From Kiritimatiellia bacterium (GTDB taxonomy: Bacteria; Verrucomicrobiota; Kiritimatiellia; RFP12; UBA1067): DNA of 64,000 nt. The notes below the pieces were generated by a model. The model saw only the letters and a list, made by a program, of their open reading frames with translations. It was not told where the DNA came from and searched no databases. Every line of letters starts with the position of its first letter. The stretch's first letter is position 1. The stretch spans positions 4,607-68,606 of the forward strand of contig JBAYXX010000004.1 of NCBI GenBank assembly GCA_041673345.1. The letters are read 5' to 3'. The position numbers and the translations under genes were made by a program. Shown here in pieces: positions 39,601-47,968 of the stretch.

Positions 39601-39714
39601 AAAGCCTATGCCCAGGCCGTGGATGATTGTGAAACATATCTCAGGCTGTTCCCGCAGGGGCGCTACGCGACTGATATGCAAAACTGGCTCAATCAGGCGA
39701 AGATCGGGCAGTAA
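36673..39714 (+). CDS. Large secreted tetratricopeptide-repeat (TPR) protein
   Basis: 1013 aa. Signal peptide MSNIRFHRFLLLSIITTFGFAFATSLVAQ. Recurrent TPR-like A..Y..G.Y..A...Y/F segments throughout (e.g. AMADAYYAFQRYAEADKLYQEFF, AEREFKAENYVGAKAYYDRVITEY). Confidence 0.85.
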   Translation: MSNIRFHRFLLLSIITTFGFAFATSLVAQESKVDAELKEELKYIELLQQMRMPDIAEQVIADVKKAYPEAGPQLKVREFQGLLWQGKFDEVKVQIDAIPDKNSSEFWALTLAMADAYYAFQRYAEADKLYQEFFKKVAKPSEAMHSFYRDSAYKYAQMLLYLGKDAEALKAYKLLSNVKLEEDRERNVNADMAELMLKLAVDLKDKAAKAAMLKEAEVLVDKLLWKQDVWFGKAIVMKAHVAMLRDDIKGAQALVENYMPQLKIIHDSLLEDDPDGTRGWLRMSPMPECRYLLAVLLLDEAKAEMKKPAPDEELIKGYFLGERDPKTKKRANNGAFNHFINVFIRFPESQWAADAGEHSDEIRSIIKDRYNVDVRTPVTPQQMERVRTMQFAGANLLFSQNKFKEAAEKYLIVINQFPESMESVNALGNLAICYIEGGADDELMADAVVGHLSERFAVKKDLMKAAGDQVRKIGDYYGNNNRDDKKREVYTMFFRDYPTHYAASQLVMSFAEREFKAENYVGAKAYYDRVITEYKSSTYYHDALNRITQIYRAEGNFSNELSSLEFLIDELQKSERPGHNLVVAKFRLADVERSYGSLLLKSGATNETDEAVLQEGARLLTKAALSFDAVAKMLADPTPYQKNAEETERNQQMREMATFTKGVALSQLQYPKDKRTIYRRLSIAAFEAYLTAFPKSKYSPKAQLQLGTLYTVLAGNATEERDQNEYKEKIQKAFEALSKNYPDSEEAKNSVPMLAASLIEMGLRGEGVAKYREMFTGGGKYTPGQYNAAGNALLQSQEYALALEAYNKVLANSKEFALIAEAKLGKAKALVGQKQYREARKLLAAYVVDPELSKLVQVVDAHMLLADAASEEGKTEADNELRKDLFNQAVDSLKLVRGYRKTKAEIAEIDLATGNMLVRKMEAEKKLGLNDQAAETRGTAIVAFMIIIDRFDPGDAILSPYLEKAYFAFTPLLLEHKAYAQAVDDCETYLRLFPQGRYATDMQNWLNQAKIGQ

Positions 39715-39753
39715 GTAAGTGAATGGCAAAGAGATTTGAGGAATAAAAAAGGA

Positions 39754-40563
39754 ATGAGTATGAGAAAAAGTATTAGAACAGTTCTTTTGACAGCACTGCT
39801 GCTGGTGGCAGGTGCTGGGATGGCTGCTGTGCAGGGCACAATTGTCACGACTGATGGTAAAAAACTTGACGGCGAGATTGTCTGGAAAATCCGTGAGAAA
39901 GCCTATGGCATTAGTGCGTCAGGCGCGGGTAATATTGAGCTGGCGCTGGAACGGGATAAGGTTGCGCGGCTAGTCATCCCCAAGCCGGCGGAGTTGACTG
40001 CAGTGGAGGCGAATTTGAAAAAAGGCGAGGGTGCCGCTGCCGCTATTCCTGTGTTGAATAAAATCATCAATGATTACTTCATGCTCAACTGGGACAGGCC
40101 TGCAACACGCCTGCTGGCCGAGGCTTATGTCAAAAACAATGATGTCGCTAATGCGATTAAGGTTTGCGAACGGGTGATTGCGACTGATCCGACGGCGGCC
40201 TATCAGGGTGATATGGCGCCAGCCTACTGGGCGGCACTGTTGATGGGTGACCGAATTGCCAAACTGGATGATCTGATTACGCAAGCGGTGAAAAACGCGG
40301 ATCGTTCCGCCTCCGCCTTCGCGTTGATTATGCGTGGCGATATGATCATGAAAGCCGGCGACACCAATGAGAGTGCCAGTAAAGCTTTGCGTGATGGTTA
40401 TCTGCGCGTGGTTACGCTTTACAGCGGAATCAAAGCCGCGCAACCGGAAGCGTTATATAAGGCGGCCAAGTGCTTTGAAAAACTGGGCCATTCATCTCGC
40501 GCTGATCAGATGCGCACAAAGTTGAAAGGGGAGTACGGCTCTTCTGAGTGGGCTCTTAAATAA
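39754..40563 (+). CDS. Secreted TPR protein (CpoB/YbgF-like size and position)
   Basis: Signal peptide MSMRKSIRTVLLTALLLVAGAGMAAVQG. TPR-like helices (LLAEAYVKNNDVANAIKVCERVIATDP; ALYKAAKCFEKLGHSSRADQM). Directly upstream of exbB/tolQ. Confidence 0.75.
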   Translation: MSMRKSIRTVLLTALLLVAGAGMAAVQGTIVTTDGKKLDGEIVWKIREKAYGISASGAGNIELALERDKVARLVIPKPAELTAVEANLKKGEGAAAAIPVLNKIINDYFMLNWDRPATRLLAEAYVKNNDVANAIKVCERVIATDPTAAYQGDMAPAYWAALLMGDRIAKLDDLITQAVKNADRSASAFALIMRGDMIMKAGDTNESASKALRDGYLRVVTLYSGIKAAQPEALYKAAKCFEKLGHSSRADQMRTKLKGEYGSSEWALK

Positions 40564-40659
40564 ACAGCAGGCGTGCCCCGGGCGGGGTATGCACAACAGT
40601 TTTGTTAGTCAATAAGCTAACTTTTAAAAACACGAGTAATAAAAACACAAGAGGTAATA

Positions 40660-41448
40660 ATGAAAAGACTGATTTTGTCAGCAGTAGTGTTCACAGGGTT
40701 AATACTTGGGAGCGCGCCGGTCATGGCGCAAGATGCGGATGCAGCGGCCGCGCCAGCCGCAGAGGGCGTATTGGTCGCTGAGGGAGGCGCCGCAGGGGTC
40801 AGACAGGCACCTCAAGCCGGTTTCTGGGCTGTGATTGTGGGCTCAGGTTGGCTGGGGATGGTTTTGTGGGCCGCGCTACTTGGCTGCGGCGGCACGGCAG
40901 TGTACTTTATCGTCGACTGCTCAGTCTTGATCCGACCGCAGAAAGTCATGCCTGAGACGCTGATCAACCGCGTGAAAGAGGGGATGTCCGAGGGCGATGT
41001 GATGAAAGCATTGCAAGCCTGTGAGTCAGAACCGGGACCGCTGGCCAATATTCTGACCGCTGGTTTTTCGCATGTGGAAGAGGGCTTCGATATTATCCAG
41101 GAGTCGATCATCGCCGCCGCTGATTTGGAGACCGAGCGCTTGATGCAGCGTCTGACCTGGATCTCAGTCTGCGCCAACCTCTCGCCCATGTTGGGTCTGC
41201 TGGGTACAGTGCAAGGCATGATCATGAGTTTCGCCACTCTGGCCACTGGCGCCCCTGATGTCGGTGCCTTGGCGATGAACATCTCGCAGGCACTCTGGAC
41301 AACTGCGGCCGGTTTGGCGATTGCGATTCCCTCGATCACCTTTTATTACAGCATCCGTAACAATGCCAACCGTCTGATCCTGCGTATGCAGGCTATGACC
41401 ATGGAGCTGATTAAAGACCTGCGTAACGTCGAGGTTGTCAGCGATTAA
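40660..41448 (+). CDS. exbB: MotA/TolQ/ExbB proton-channel family protein
   Basis: 262 aa with an N-terminal signal-like segment, three TM helices and the family motif PMLGLLGTVQGMIMSF. An ExbB versus TolQ assignment cannot be made from sequence alone. Confidence 0.9.
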   Translation: MKRLILSAVVFTGLILGSAPVMAQDADAAAAPAAEGVLVAEGGAAGVRQAPQAGFWAVIVGSGWLGMVLWAALLGCGGTAVYFIVDCSVLIRPQKVMPETLINRVKEGMSEGDVMKALQACESEPGPLANILTAGFSHVEEGFDIIQESIIAAADLETERLMQRLTWISVCANLSPMLGLLGTVQGMIMSFATLATGAPDVGALAMNISQALWTTAAGLAIAIPSITFYYSIRNNANRLILRMQAMTMELIKDLRNVEVVSD

Positions 41449-41607
41449 ATCTCATCCGTGGCGGCTGCAACCCTTGGCTGGGTTACAGTTGGCCACTTGA
41501 TAACCGGATTGTTATATTTTAAAGCGCGGCAGTTGGGCTGGCACTTGTGGCGGCCTGACTGCGAAGTGTGAATTTCACTGCCATTTGGTAGACAAAGGAA
41601 CCGAACC

Positions 41608-42045
41608 ATGCACAAAAGAAGACAGAGCTCAACTGAGACGTGCGATATAGATATGACGCCTATGATTGACGTTGTGTTCCAGTTGATTATTTTCTTTGTA
41701 GTCACTCTTAAAATGACATCTGACAAGAATGAGGATATCGTTCTGGAGGATGGCAAGCATGGCGTGACGTTGACCCAGGATAATATGCCGCCAACCACGC
41801 TCGAAATTGAGCTGGGACGGAGAGGACGCATCTCGATTCATAACGCGACACTGTCGAGATATCAACTGCAACAGATCTTACGAGCCCGCGTAAACCGCAA
41901 CGGAAATGAGTTTCCCGTGTTAATTCGCGCTGACCGCAAAACCCAGCACGAAAAGGTGCGCGAGATTATGGACATCTGCACGGGTGTGGGAATCTGGAAG
42001 CTGTCGTTCGTGGCTGTTCAAGAGCATAAAGCGAAAAGAAAATGA
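41608..42045 (+). CDS. exbD: ExbD/TolR-family biopolymer transport protein (1 of 2)
   Basis: DIDMTPMIDVVFQLIIFFVVT is the canonical ExbD/TolR N-terminal TM motif. 145 aa. Confidence 0.9.
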   Translation: MHKRRQSSTETCDIDMTPMIDVVFQLIIFFVVTLKMTSDKNEDIVLEDGKHGVTLTQDNMPPTTLEIELGRRGRISIHNATLSRYQLQQILRARVNRNGNEFPVLIRADRKTQHEKVREIMDICTGVGIWKLSFVAVQEHKAKRK

Positions 42046-42064
42046 TAAATGCTAGGAGGCTGAC

Positions 42065-42469
42065 ATGGCTTATGTGAGAAAACGGAATAAAGGAGAGACT
42101 CCCAAGCTGGACATGACACCGATGATTGATGTTGTGTTTCAATTGTTGATTTTCTTTATTGTCACAATTAAACAGGAGGACATCCTCTCAAAACTATCCG
42201 CGGCGCGTCCGGCTGCGGATAAAAATGCGCGACCTGACAAGAAGCCCGACTTGATCACAATCGTGGTCGCGCCTCAGGGATTTGTTTTTAATGGGCGGAT
42301 TGTCTCTCTGGATGAGCTTGATCGCAGGGTCAAACGTTACTCTGACCTGAGTAAGACGGCGATGATTGTTATTAAATGCACCGCCGACTCACCGCATGCT
42401 TTTCTTGTGCAGTCGCTGGACATCTGCAACAAGCATGGCATGACCAACCTGTCGATCTTCAGCATCTGA
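42065..42469 (+). CDS. exbD: ExbD/TolR-family biopolymer transport protein (2 of 2)
   Basis: LDMTPMIDVVFQLLIFFIVT. 134 aa. Confidence 0.9.
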   Translation: MAYVRKRNKGETPKLDMTPMIDVVFQLLIFFIVTIKQEDILSKLSAARPAADKNARPDKKPDLITIVVAPQGFVFNGRIVSLDELDRRVKRYSDLSKTAMIVIKCTADSPHAFLVQSLDICNKHGMTNLSIFSI

Positions 42470-42489
42470 CAAGAGAAGGGCGGAACACT

Positions 42490-44073
42490 ATGGTTTTCAA
42501 TGAGGTAGATACGAATCTCGCGGAGATTGCCGAGATGTATGGTAATGAATCTTACCTCAAGCGGATGAGAAAGCTTTTCACTGGCTTGAAAGCGCCGCGC
42601 GATTCCAGAGCTTACAAAGTGGCGATGATTGAAATACAACGCCTCTCCGCCCCAATCTCGGCTATTCTGATGCCGCTGCTCTCAGTTATGCTGCTGATTG
42701 TGTTGTCAAATGCTTCGGTCACCGATGACCGGATTATTGAGACGCAGATCATGGAAGCTGAGGAAATGCAGGAGCTGACGGAGATTGAAGTCATGGAAAA
42801 ACCCCCTGAAGATATGCAGCAGATCGATATCGACATGCCCGTCGATACCCCGGATGTGAGCGTCGAGAATGTGCAGGACACCCCTATGAGTCCTCAGCCA
42901 CAGGCGTTTGACACGGTCATGACTGTGAAAAGCCCGGTGATTCTCAAAAACATCTACGGTTCGACGCGTAACACCGGCACCCGCGGCGCCTCACTGGCCC
43001 GTTTCGGCGGCGACAAGGATACTGAGGATGCGGTGATGCGGGCACTGCGCTGGCTCAAGAAAAACCAGAATCAAGATGGAAGCTGGAGTAGACACAAGGT
43101 TGCTATGACCGGCCTTGGGGTGCTGACCTTCCTGGCGCACGGTGAGAAACCCGGAGATTCACCGGAGTTTGGTGAAACTGTACGCAAGGCACTGGAGTAT
43201 CTTTTGAAGGTGCAGCGTGCTGACGGCTTGCTGCCAGGCGGAGGTAGCAACTATGATCACCCCATTGCCACCTACGCGCTGTGCGAGGCATACGGCATGA
43301 CCCTGAACCCGAATGTCAAGGAGTCCGCTGAAAAGGCGCTGGATCAGATCATCAAAGGACAGCACCCAACTGGCGGCTGGACCTATAAACTGTTTCCCGG
43401 CATCGAGGAAAAGACCGGAAAATACCGTGATGACACCTCTTATATGGGATGGTGCGCTCAGGCGCTTAAGGCTGGCAAGCTGGCGAAGCTCAATGTTGAA
43501 GGGCTGGATAAGTCAATCCAGACTGCAGTCAAGGGATTCAAGGCCAATGCGGCTCCGAACGGCGGCTTCGGCTACTGTGCGCCTGGCAGCGGTGGCTTGA
43601 CAGCTGTGGGCGTGCTGTGTATGCAGCTGCTGGGGGCCGGTAACGACACCTCGGTGCGTAAATCACAGGAACTAATGGATGGGTGGAGTATCGGAGAGTT
43701 TGACAAAGACAACAAAGTTGGCAAAAGCTCGCAGTATTATTTTTACTATGCGACCCAGGCTAAGTTTCATGCAGGTGGTAAGCGCTGGACCAATTGGAAT
43801 AACGAGATGAAACCGATTTATATCAAAGCCCAGAAGGTTATGAAAAATGCGATCAAGGATATGAACGGCAAAGATTGTGACATTGGGTGGTGGGAGAATA
43901 TTGACGCGCACACTGATCGCCCTGTGATGGACACCTGTCTGGCAGCACTTCAACTGATGGTTTACTACCGGAACCTGCCCACCACCAGCCGCGAAGCGGT
44001 TCAAGTTGAAGTGGAGATCGAGGCCTCCTCAACTGACACCGGAGATATCGAGGTCGATGTCGGGAATCTGTAA
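42490..44073 (+). CDS. Inner-membrane-anchored protein with TonB/TolA-like topology and a periplasmic QW-motif (squalene-cyclase/prenyltransferase-like) domain, paralog 1
   Basis: I chose the ATG at 42490 (MVFNEVDTNLAEIAEMYGNESY...), which matches the start of paralog 2. The track start at 42376 lies inside exbD. It has a TM helix LSAPISAILMPLLSVMLLIVL, an acidic/Pro linker EAEEMQELTEIEVMEKPPEDMQQIDIDMPVDTPDVSVENVQDTPMSPQPQ, and QW motifs RALRWLKKNQNQDGSW and KALDQIIKGQHPTGGW. Confidence 0.75.
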   Translation: MVFNEVDTNLAEIAEMYGNESYLKRMRKLFTGLKAPRDSRAYKVAMIEIQRLSAPISAILMPLLSVMLLIVLSNASVTDDRIIETQIMEAEEMQELTEIEVMEKPPEDMQQIDIDMPVDTPDVSVENVQDTPMSPQPQAFDTVMTVKSPVILKNIYGSTRNTGTRGASLARFGGDKDTEDAVMRALRWLKKNQNQDGSWSRHKVAMTGLGVLTFLAHGEKPGDSPEFGETVRKALEYLLKVQRADGLLPGGGSNYDHPIATYALCEAYGMTLNPNVKESAEKALDQIIKGQHPTGGWTYKLFPGIEEKTGKYRDDTSYMGWCAQALKAGKLAKLNVEGLDKSIQTAVKGFKANAAPNGGFGYCAPGSGGLTAVGVLCMQLLGAGNDTSVRKSQELMDGWSIGEFDKDNKVGKSSQYYFYYATQAKFHAGGKRWTNWNNEMKPIYIKAQKVMKNAIKDMNGKDCDIGWWENIDAHTDRPVMDTCLAALQLMVYYRNLPTTSREAVQVEVEIEASSTDTGDIEVDVGNL

Positions 44074-44077
44074 TTAT

Positions 44078-45304
44078 ATGCTCTTTTCTCTTTTTTTGGC
44101 GCTTAAATATTTGAAACCCAAACGCACCGTCACATCAGTGGTTTCTCTGATCTCGGTGCTTGGTGTTGTGCTGGGTGTGGCGATTATCATTATTGTGCGC
44201 GCTGTGATGACCGGCTTTGGTGACATGTGGCAGGAGAAGATTCTGGATTTCAAGCCCCATATCATCATTCGTTCGTTTGCGGGCGGGGTCATTCAGGACG
44301 AGGAGGCCCTCTGCCGCAGATTGGAGCTGGTGGAGGGGGTCAAGGCCGCCTCCCCGTCACTGGAAACCAGAGTGCTGGTGGAAAATCATCGGCGGGTGGT
44401 GGCCCCGGTGCTGATCGGTGTGGATCCGGTGCGTGCAAAGAGTATTATGAAACTGGAGCACATGCAAGCAGGTGAGTTTGATGTGACCGGTGATGCAGTG
44501 GTGCTGGGCACTGACCTGGCGCAGGAACTCGGGGTGGGGGTCGGTGACGATCTGCTAATCTACTCGCCCATGAATCTGGTTTCCACGGATGAGGTCTACT
44601 TTCCAGACCGCTTGAACGTCAAAGGGATCTTTGAGTCAGGGCAGCGCGACTTTGATTCCGGGTACATAATCACCTCACTGGCAGTGGCGCGTGATCTGAT
44701 GGGTATGAGTTCAGGGGTTTATTCCATTCATCTCAAGACTGAGCAACCCGCCAATTTTGAGTTCTTCAATAAGATTGTGGGACGGGTGGAAGATATCACA
44801 CCCAATTTTCGGGTTCAGACCTGGCAGGAGATTGACCGGCAGATCTTTAATGCGCTGGCGGTTGAAAAAAACATGATGGTGATTCTGCTGATGTTTATCA
44901 CGGTGGTTGCGATTTTCTGTGTCACCAACACCTTGATTGTGTTGACAGTGCAGAAAACCGATGAGATCGGCCTGCTCAAAGCACTGGGTTTTTCCTCGCG
45001 TCAGGTGATGGGCGCTTTTGTGATTTACGGCTGGATCCAGTGCCTGATCGGAACTCTGCTGGGAATTGTCGCCGCTTTTTTGATATTGTACAATTTGCAG
45101 TCCATGGTGGATGGCCTGGCCCTGCTGGGAGTGGAGGTTTTTCCCAAGGCGATCTACGGGCTGAATGCGATCCCCTGGCGGATTATTCCCTCCGAGGTGG
45201 TGAATGTGGCGCTGTCGGTGATCCTGTTCTGCACGGTCGCCAGTTTTCTGCCCGCCTGGAGAGCCGCACGGATGGATCCGGTGGTTGCGCTGCGTAAAGA
45301 GTAG
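44078..45304 (+). CDS. LolC/LolE-family ABC transporter permease (MacB-type periplasmic domain + FtsX)
   Basis: MLFSLFLALKYLKPKRTVTSVVSLISVLGVVLGVA is a typical LolC/E N-terminus. C-terminal FtsX helices, ending ...PAWRAARMDPVVALRKE. The ATG at 44078 is 4 nt after the upstream stop. Confidence 0.85.
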   Translation: MLFSLFLALKYLKPKRTVTSVVSLISVLGVVLGVAIIIIVRAVMTGFGDMWQEKILDFKPHIIIRSFAGGVIQDEEALCRRLELVEGVKAASPSLETRVLVENHRRVVAPVLIGVDPVRAKSIMKLEHMQAGEFDVTGDAVVLGTDLAQELGVGVGDDLLIYSPMNLVSTDEVYFPDRLNVKGIFESGQRDFDSGYIITSLAVARDLMGMSSGVYSIHLKTEQPANFEFFNKIVGRVEDITPNFRVQTWQEIDRQIFNALAVEKNMMVILLMFITVVAIFCVTNTLIVLTVQKTDEIGLLKALGFSSRQVMGAFVIYGWIQCLIGTLLGIVAAFLILYNLQSMVDGLALLGVEVFPKAIYGLNAIPWRIIPSEVVNVALSVILFCTVASFLPAWRAARMDPVVALRKE

Positions 45305-45362
45305 AGTTGCGGATGACGGCAGGCGGGTGATCGCAGGCCGTTGCCGTAGAAAGAAACGATCA

Positions 45363-46037
45363 ATGCTGGAAGCGAAAAATTTATTTAAAACCTATACTCT
45401 GCCCCATAAGCAGGTGAGTGTGCTGCAGGGCGCCGGGATAGCCGTGCGGGAAGGGGAGCGCGTCGCGGTTGTCGGACGCAGCGGCGCGGGTAAAAGCACT
45501 CTGCTGCATGTGCTGGGCGGCTTGGATCGCCCTGATTCCGGCGATGTGATGATTGATGGGGTCTCGCTGTATGGGATTTCACGGCGTAAAAGAACGGCGG
45601 TGCGAGCCGCTCGGATTGGTTTTGTTTTTCAGTCATACCATCTTCTGCCGGAGATGGATGTGACCGAGAATGTGATGCTGCCAGCCATGACTGGGGTTCT
45701 CAGAATCAAGCGCCACGAGATGCGTACGCGCGCGTTGGTGCTGCTGGCGCGGGTGGGACTGAGTGATCGGGCCAGCCATATGCCCATGGAACTCTCAGGC
45801 GGAGAGCAGCAGCGTGTCGCACTGGCGCGGGCGCTGATTAATAACCCGGCGCTGGTACTGGCCGATGAGCCGACCGGCAACCTGGATAGTAAAACCGGCT
45901 CGCAGGTGATGGATTTGCTTTTTGAGCTCTCCAGCGCCAACAAGTCTGCATTGATCATGGTCACCCACTCAATGCGGAGCGCGGCGCTGTGCGACCGAAT
46001 ACTTGAGATTCAAGACGGTTTGCTGGTGGGGGCGTGA
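45363..46037 (+). CDS. lolD: ABC transporter ATP-binding protein, LolD-like
   Basis: [11 protein letters not shown], Walker [10 protein letters not shown], signature [15 protein letters not shown], Walker [14 protein letters not shown] chose the ATG at 45363; the track's upstream extension is Arg-rich and non-homologous. Confidence 0.85.
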   Translation: MLEAKNLFKTYTLPHKQVSVLQGAGIAVREGERVAVVGRSGAGKSTLLHVLGGLDRPDSGDVMIDGVSLYGISRRKRTAVRAARIGFVFQSYHLLPEMDVTENVMLPAMTGVLRIKRHEMRTRALVLLARVGLSDRASHMPMELSGGEQQRVALARALINNPALVLADEPTGNLDSKTGSQVMDLLFELSSANKSALIMVTHSMRSAALCDRILEIQDGLLVGA

Positions 46038-46085
46038 AGGCCTTAAAAATGATACAGTAAAAAGAACAAGGGGTTATCCCCTCGG

Positions 46086-46139
46086 CTGGATATTTGCAAC
46101 AAGCATGACATGACCAACCTGTCGATCTTCAGCATCTGA
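46086..46139 (+). pseudogene. Relic of the last 17 codons plus stop of exbD, carried along by a segmental duplication
   Basis: ctggatatttgcaacaagcatgacatgaccaacctgtcgatcttcagcatctga, against 42416-42469 ctggacatctgcaacaagcatggcatgaccaacctgtcgatcttcagcatctga (LDICNKHGMTNLSIFSI*). No upstream exbD body is present here. Confidence 0.85.
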
Positions 46140-46159
46140 CAAAAGAAGGGAGGAACACT

Positions 46160-47893
46160 ATGAGATTCAATGAGGTAGATACCAATCTCGCGGAGATTGC
46201 CGAGATGTATGGCAATGAGTCCTATATCAAGCGGATGAAAAAGCTTTTCACAGGCTTGAATGCGCCGCGTGATTCCAGAGCTTATAAAGTGGCGATGATT
46301 GAGATACAGCGCCTTTCCGCCCCGATTTCGGCTATTCTGATGCCGCTGCTCTCAGTTATGCTGCTGATTGTGTTGTCAAATGCTTCGGTCACCGATGACC
46401 GGATTATTGAGACGCAGATCATCGAAGCTGAGGAGATGCAGGAGCTGACGGAGATTGAAGTCATGGAAAAACCACCTGAAGACATGGCGCAGATTGATAT
46501 CGACATGCCTGTCGATACCCCGGATGTGAGCGTCGAGAATGTGCAGGACACCCCCATGAGCCCTCAGCCACAGGCGTTTGATACGGTCATGACCGTGAAA
46601 AGCCCTGTGATTCTCAAAAACATCTATGGCTCGACGCGCAACACCGGCACCCGTGGAGCCTCGCTGGCCCGCTTCGGCGGCGACAAGGAGACCGAGGATG
46701 CGGTAATGCGGGCGCTGCGCTGGCTCAAAAAAAATCAGAATGACGATGGGAGCTGGAATAAAAATAAGGTCGCCATGACCGGTCTGGGGGTGCTGACCTT
46801 CCTAGCTCACGGTGAGAAACCAGGGGACTCGCCGGAGTTTGGTGAAACCATACGCAAGGCGCTGGAGTTTCTGCTGAATTCACAGCAAGCTAATGGCTTG
46901 CTGCCCGGCAACTACGATCACCCCATAGCCACCTACGCACTGTGCGAGGCCTATGGTATGACCATGAATCCGAATGTCAAAGAGGCCTCTGAAAAGGCAC
47001 TGTACCATATCATCAAAGGACAGCACCCAACTGGCGGCTGGACCTACAACCTGTTTCCAGGTCCCAGTGCCGAGACCGGAAAATACAGGGATGACACATC
47101 CTATATGGGGTGGTGTGCGCAGGCCTTGAAAGCCGGCCAACTGGCGAAGCTCAATGTGGATGGGCTTGAAAAGGCGATGAAGCTGGCTATTAAGGGTTTT
47201 CAGGCCAATGCGGCTCCCAACGGTGGTTTCGGATACTGCGGACCTGGACGTGGAGGACTCACGGCAGTTGGGACATTATGTATGCAGCTTTTAGGTGCTG
47301 CTAACAAATCGGAGGTCAAGGAATCACTCAAGTTGATGAATGAATGGGTGCCGACGTTCTCACAATATGAACCGGTCCAAGCATGTATAAAACAATTGAA
47401 GCCAGAAGATCTAATCAAGCGTGACACATCAGGAAAACCGGTTCTGGATGAAAAAGGAAAACCAGAAAAACTGGCTCCCATGGCTGTGGCAAAAAGTAAG
47501 CTTATTTCAACAGCTGATCCGGCTGAAAAAATGTTTTATACGGCATCGGCGCAATACTATTTTTATTACGCGACGCAGTGCAAGTTCCATGAGGGTGGCA
47601 GGCAGTGGAATAACTGGAACAAAGAGATGAAACCAAGGTATACCAAGGCGCAGAAAGTACAGAAAAACGGGATTAAAGACCATAAAGGAAAAGACCAGGA
47701 TATTGGCTGGTGGGAGAATGCTGACCATGCCTCTGATCGTCCGGTGATGGACACTTGCCTGGCAGCGCTGCAGCTGATGGTGTACTATCGGAATCTACCC
47801 ACTACCAGCCGCGAAGCAGTTCAGGTTGAAGTCGAGATCCAGGCCACCTCAACCGACACCGGAGATATCGAGGTCGATGTCGGGAATCTGTAG
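46160..47893 (+). CDS. Inner-membrane-anchored QW-motif protein, paralog 2 (with a ~70-aa replacement insertion)
   Basis: 577 aa, MRFNEVDTNLAEIAEMYGNESY.... Same TM helix, linker and QW motifs as paralog 1. The first ~185 aa differ at about 7 positions and the last ~52 aa at 2 positions. The middle is more diverged. Confidence 0.8.
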   Translation: MRFNEVDTNLAEIAEMYGNESYIKRMKKLFTGLNAPRDSRAYKVAMIEIQRLSAPISAILMPLLSVMLLIVLSNASVTDDRIIETQIIEAEEMQELTEIEVMEKPPEDMAQIDIDMPVDTPDVSVENVQDTPMSPQPQAFDTVMTVKSPVILKNIYGSTRNTGTRGASLARFGGDKETEDAVMRALRWLKKNQNDDGSWNKNKVAMTGLGVLTFLAHGEKPGDSPEFGETIRKALEFLLNSQQANGLLPGNYDHPIATYALCEAYGMTMNPNVKEASEKALYHIIKGQHPTGGWTYNLFPGPSAETGKYRDDTSYMGWCAQALKAGQLAKLNVDGLEKAMKLAIKGFQANAAPNGGFGYCGPGRGGLTAVGTLCMQLLGAANKSEVKESLKLMNEWVPTFSQYEPVQACIKQLKPEDLIKRDTSGKPVLDEKGKPEKLAPMAVAKSKLISTADPAEKMFYTASAQYYFYYATQCKFHEGGRQWNNWNKEMKPRYTKAQKVQKNGIKDHKGKDQDIGWWENADHASDRPVMDTCLAALQLMVYYRNLPTTSREAVQVEVEIQATSTDTGDIEVDVGNL

Positions 47894-47968
47894 CGCGCAG
47901 ACTTGTGCTTTTGGGCAAAATCCTGTATGATATCCAGCCTTTTACAAAAAGATAGGCAAGGTTAAGCG

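Noticed and set aside
41449-41607. Unusually long 159-bp gap between exbB and the first exbD, examined for a small ORF, promoter or sigma-54 site (contains CTGGCACTTGTGGCGGC)
   Set aside because: There is no ATG-initiated ORF. The TGGCAC is not followed by a correctly spaced GC element, and no convincing hairpin or repeat module was seen. It is left unassigned.
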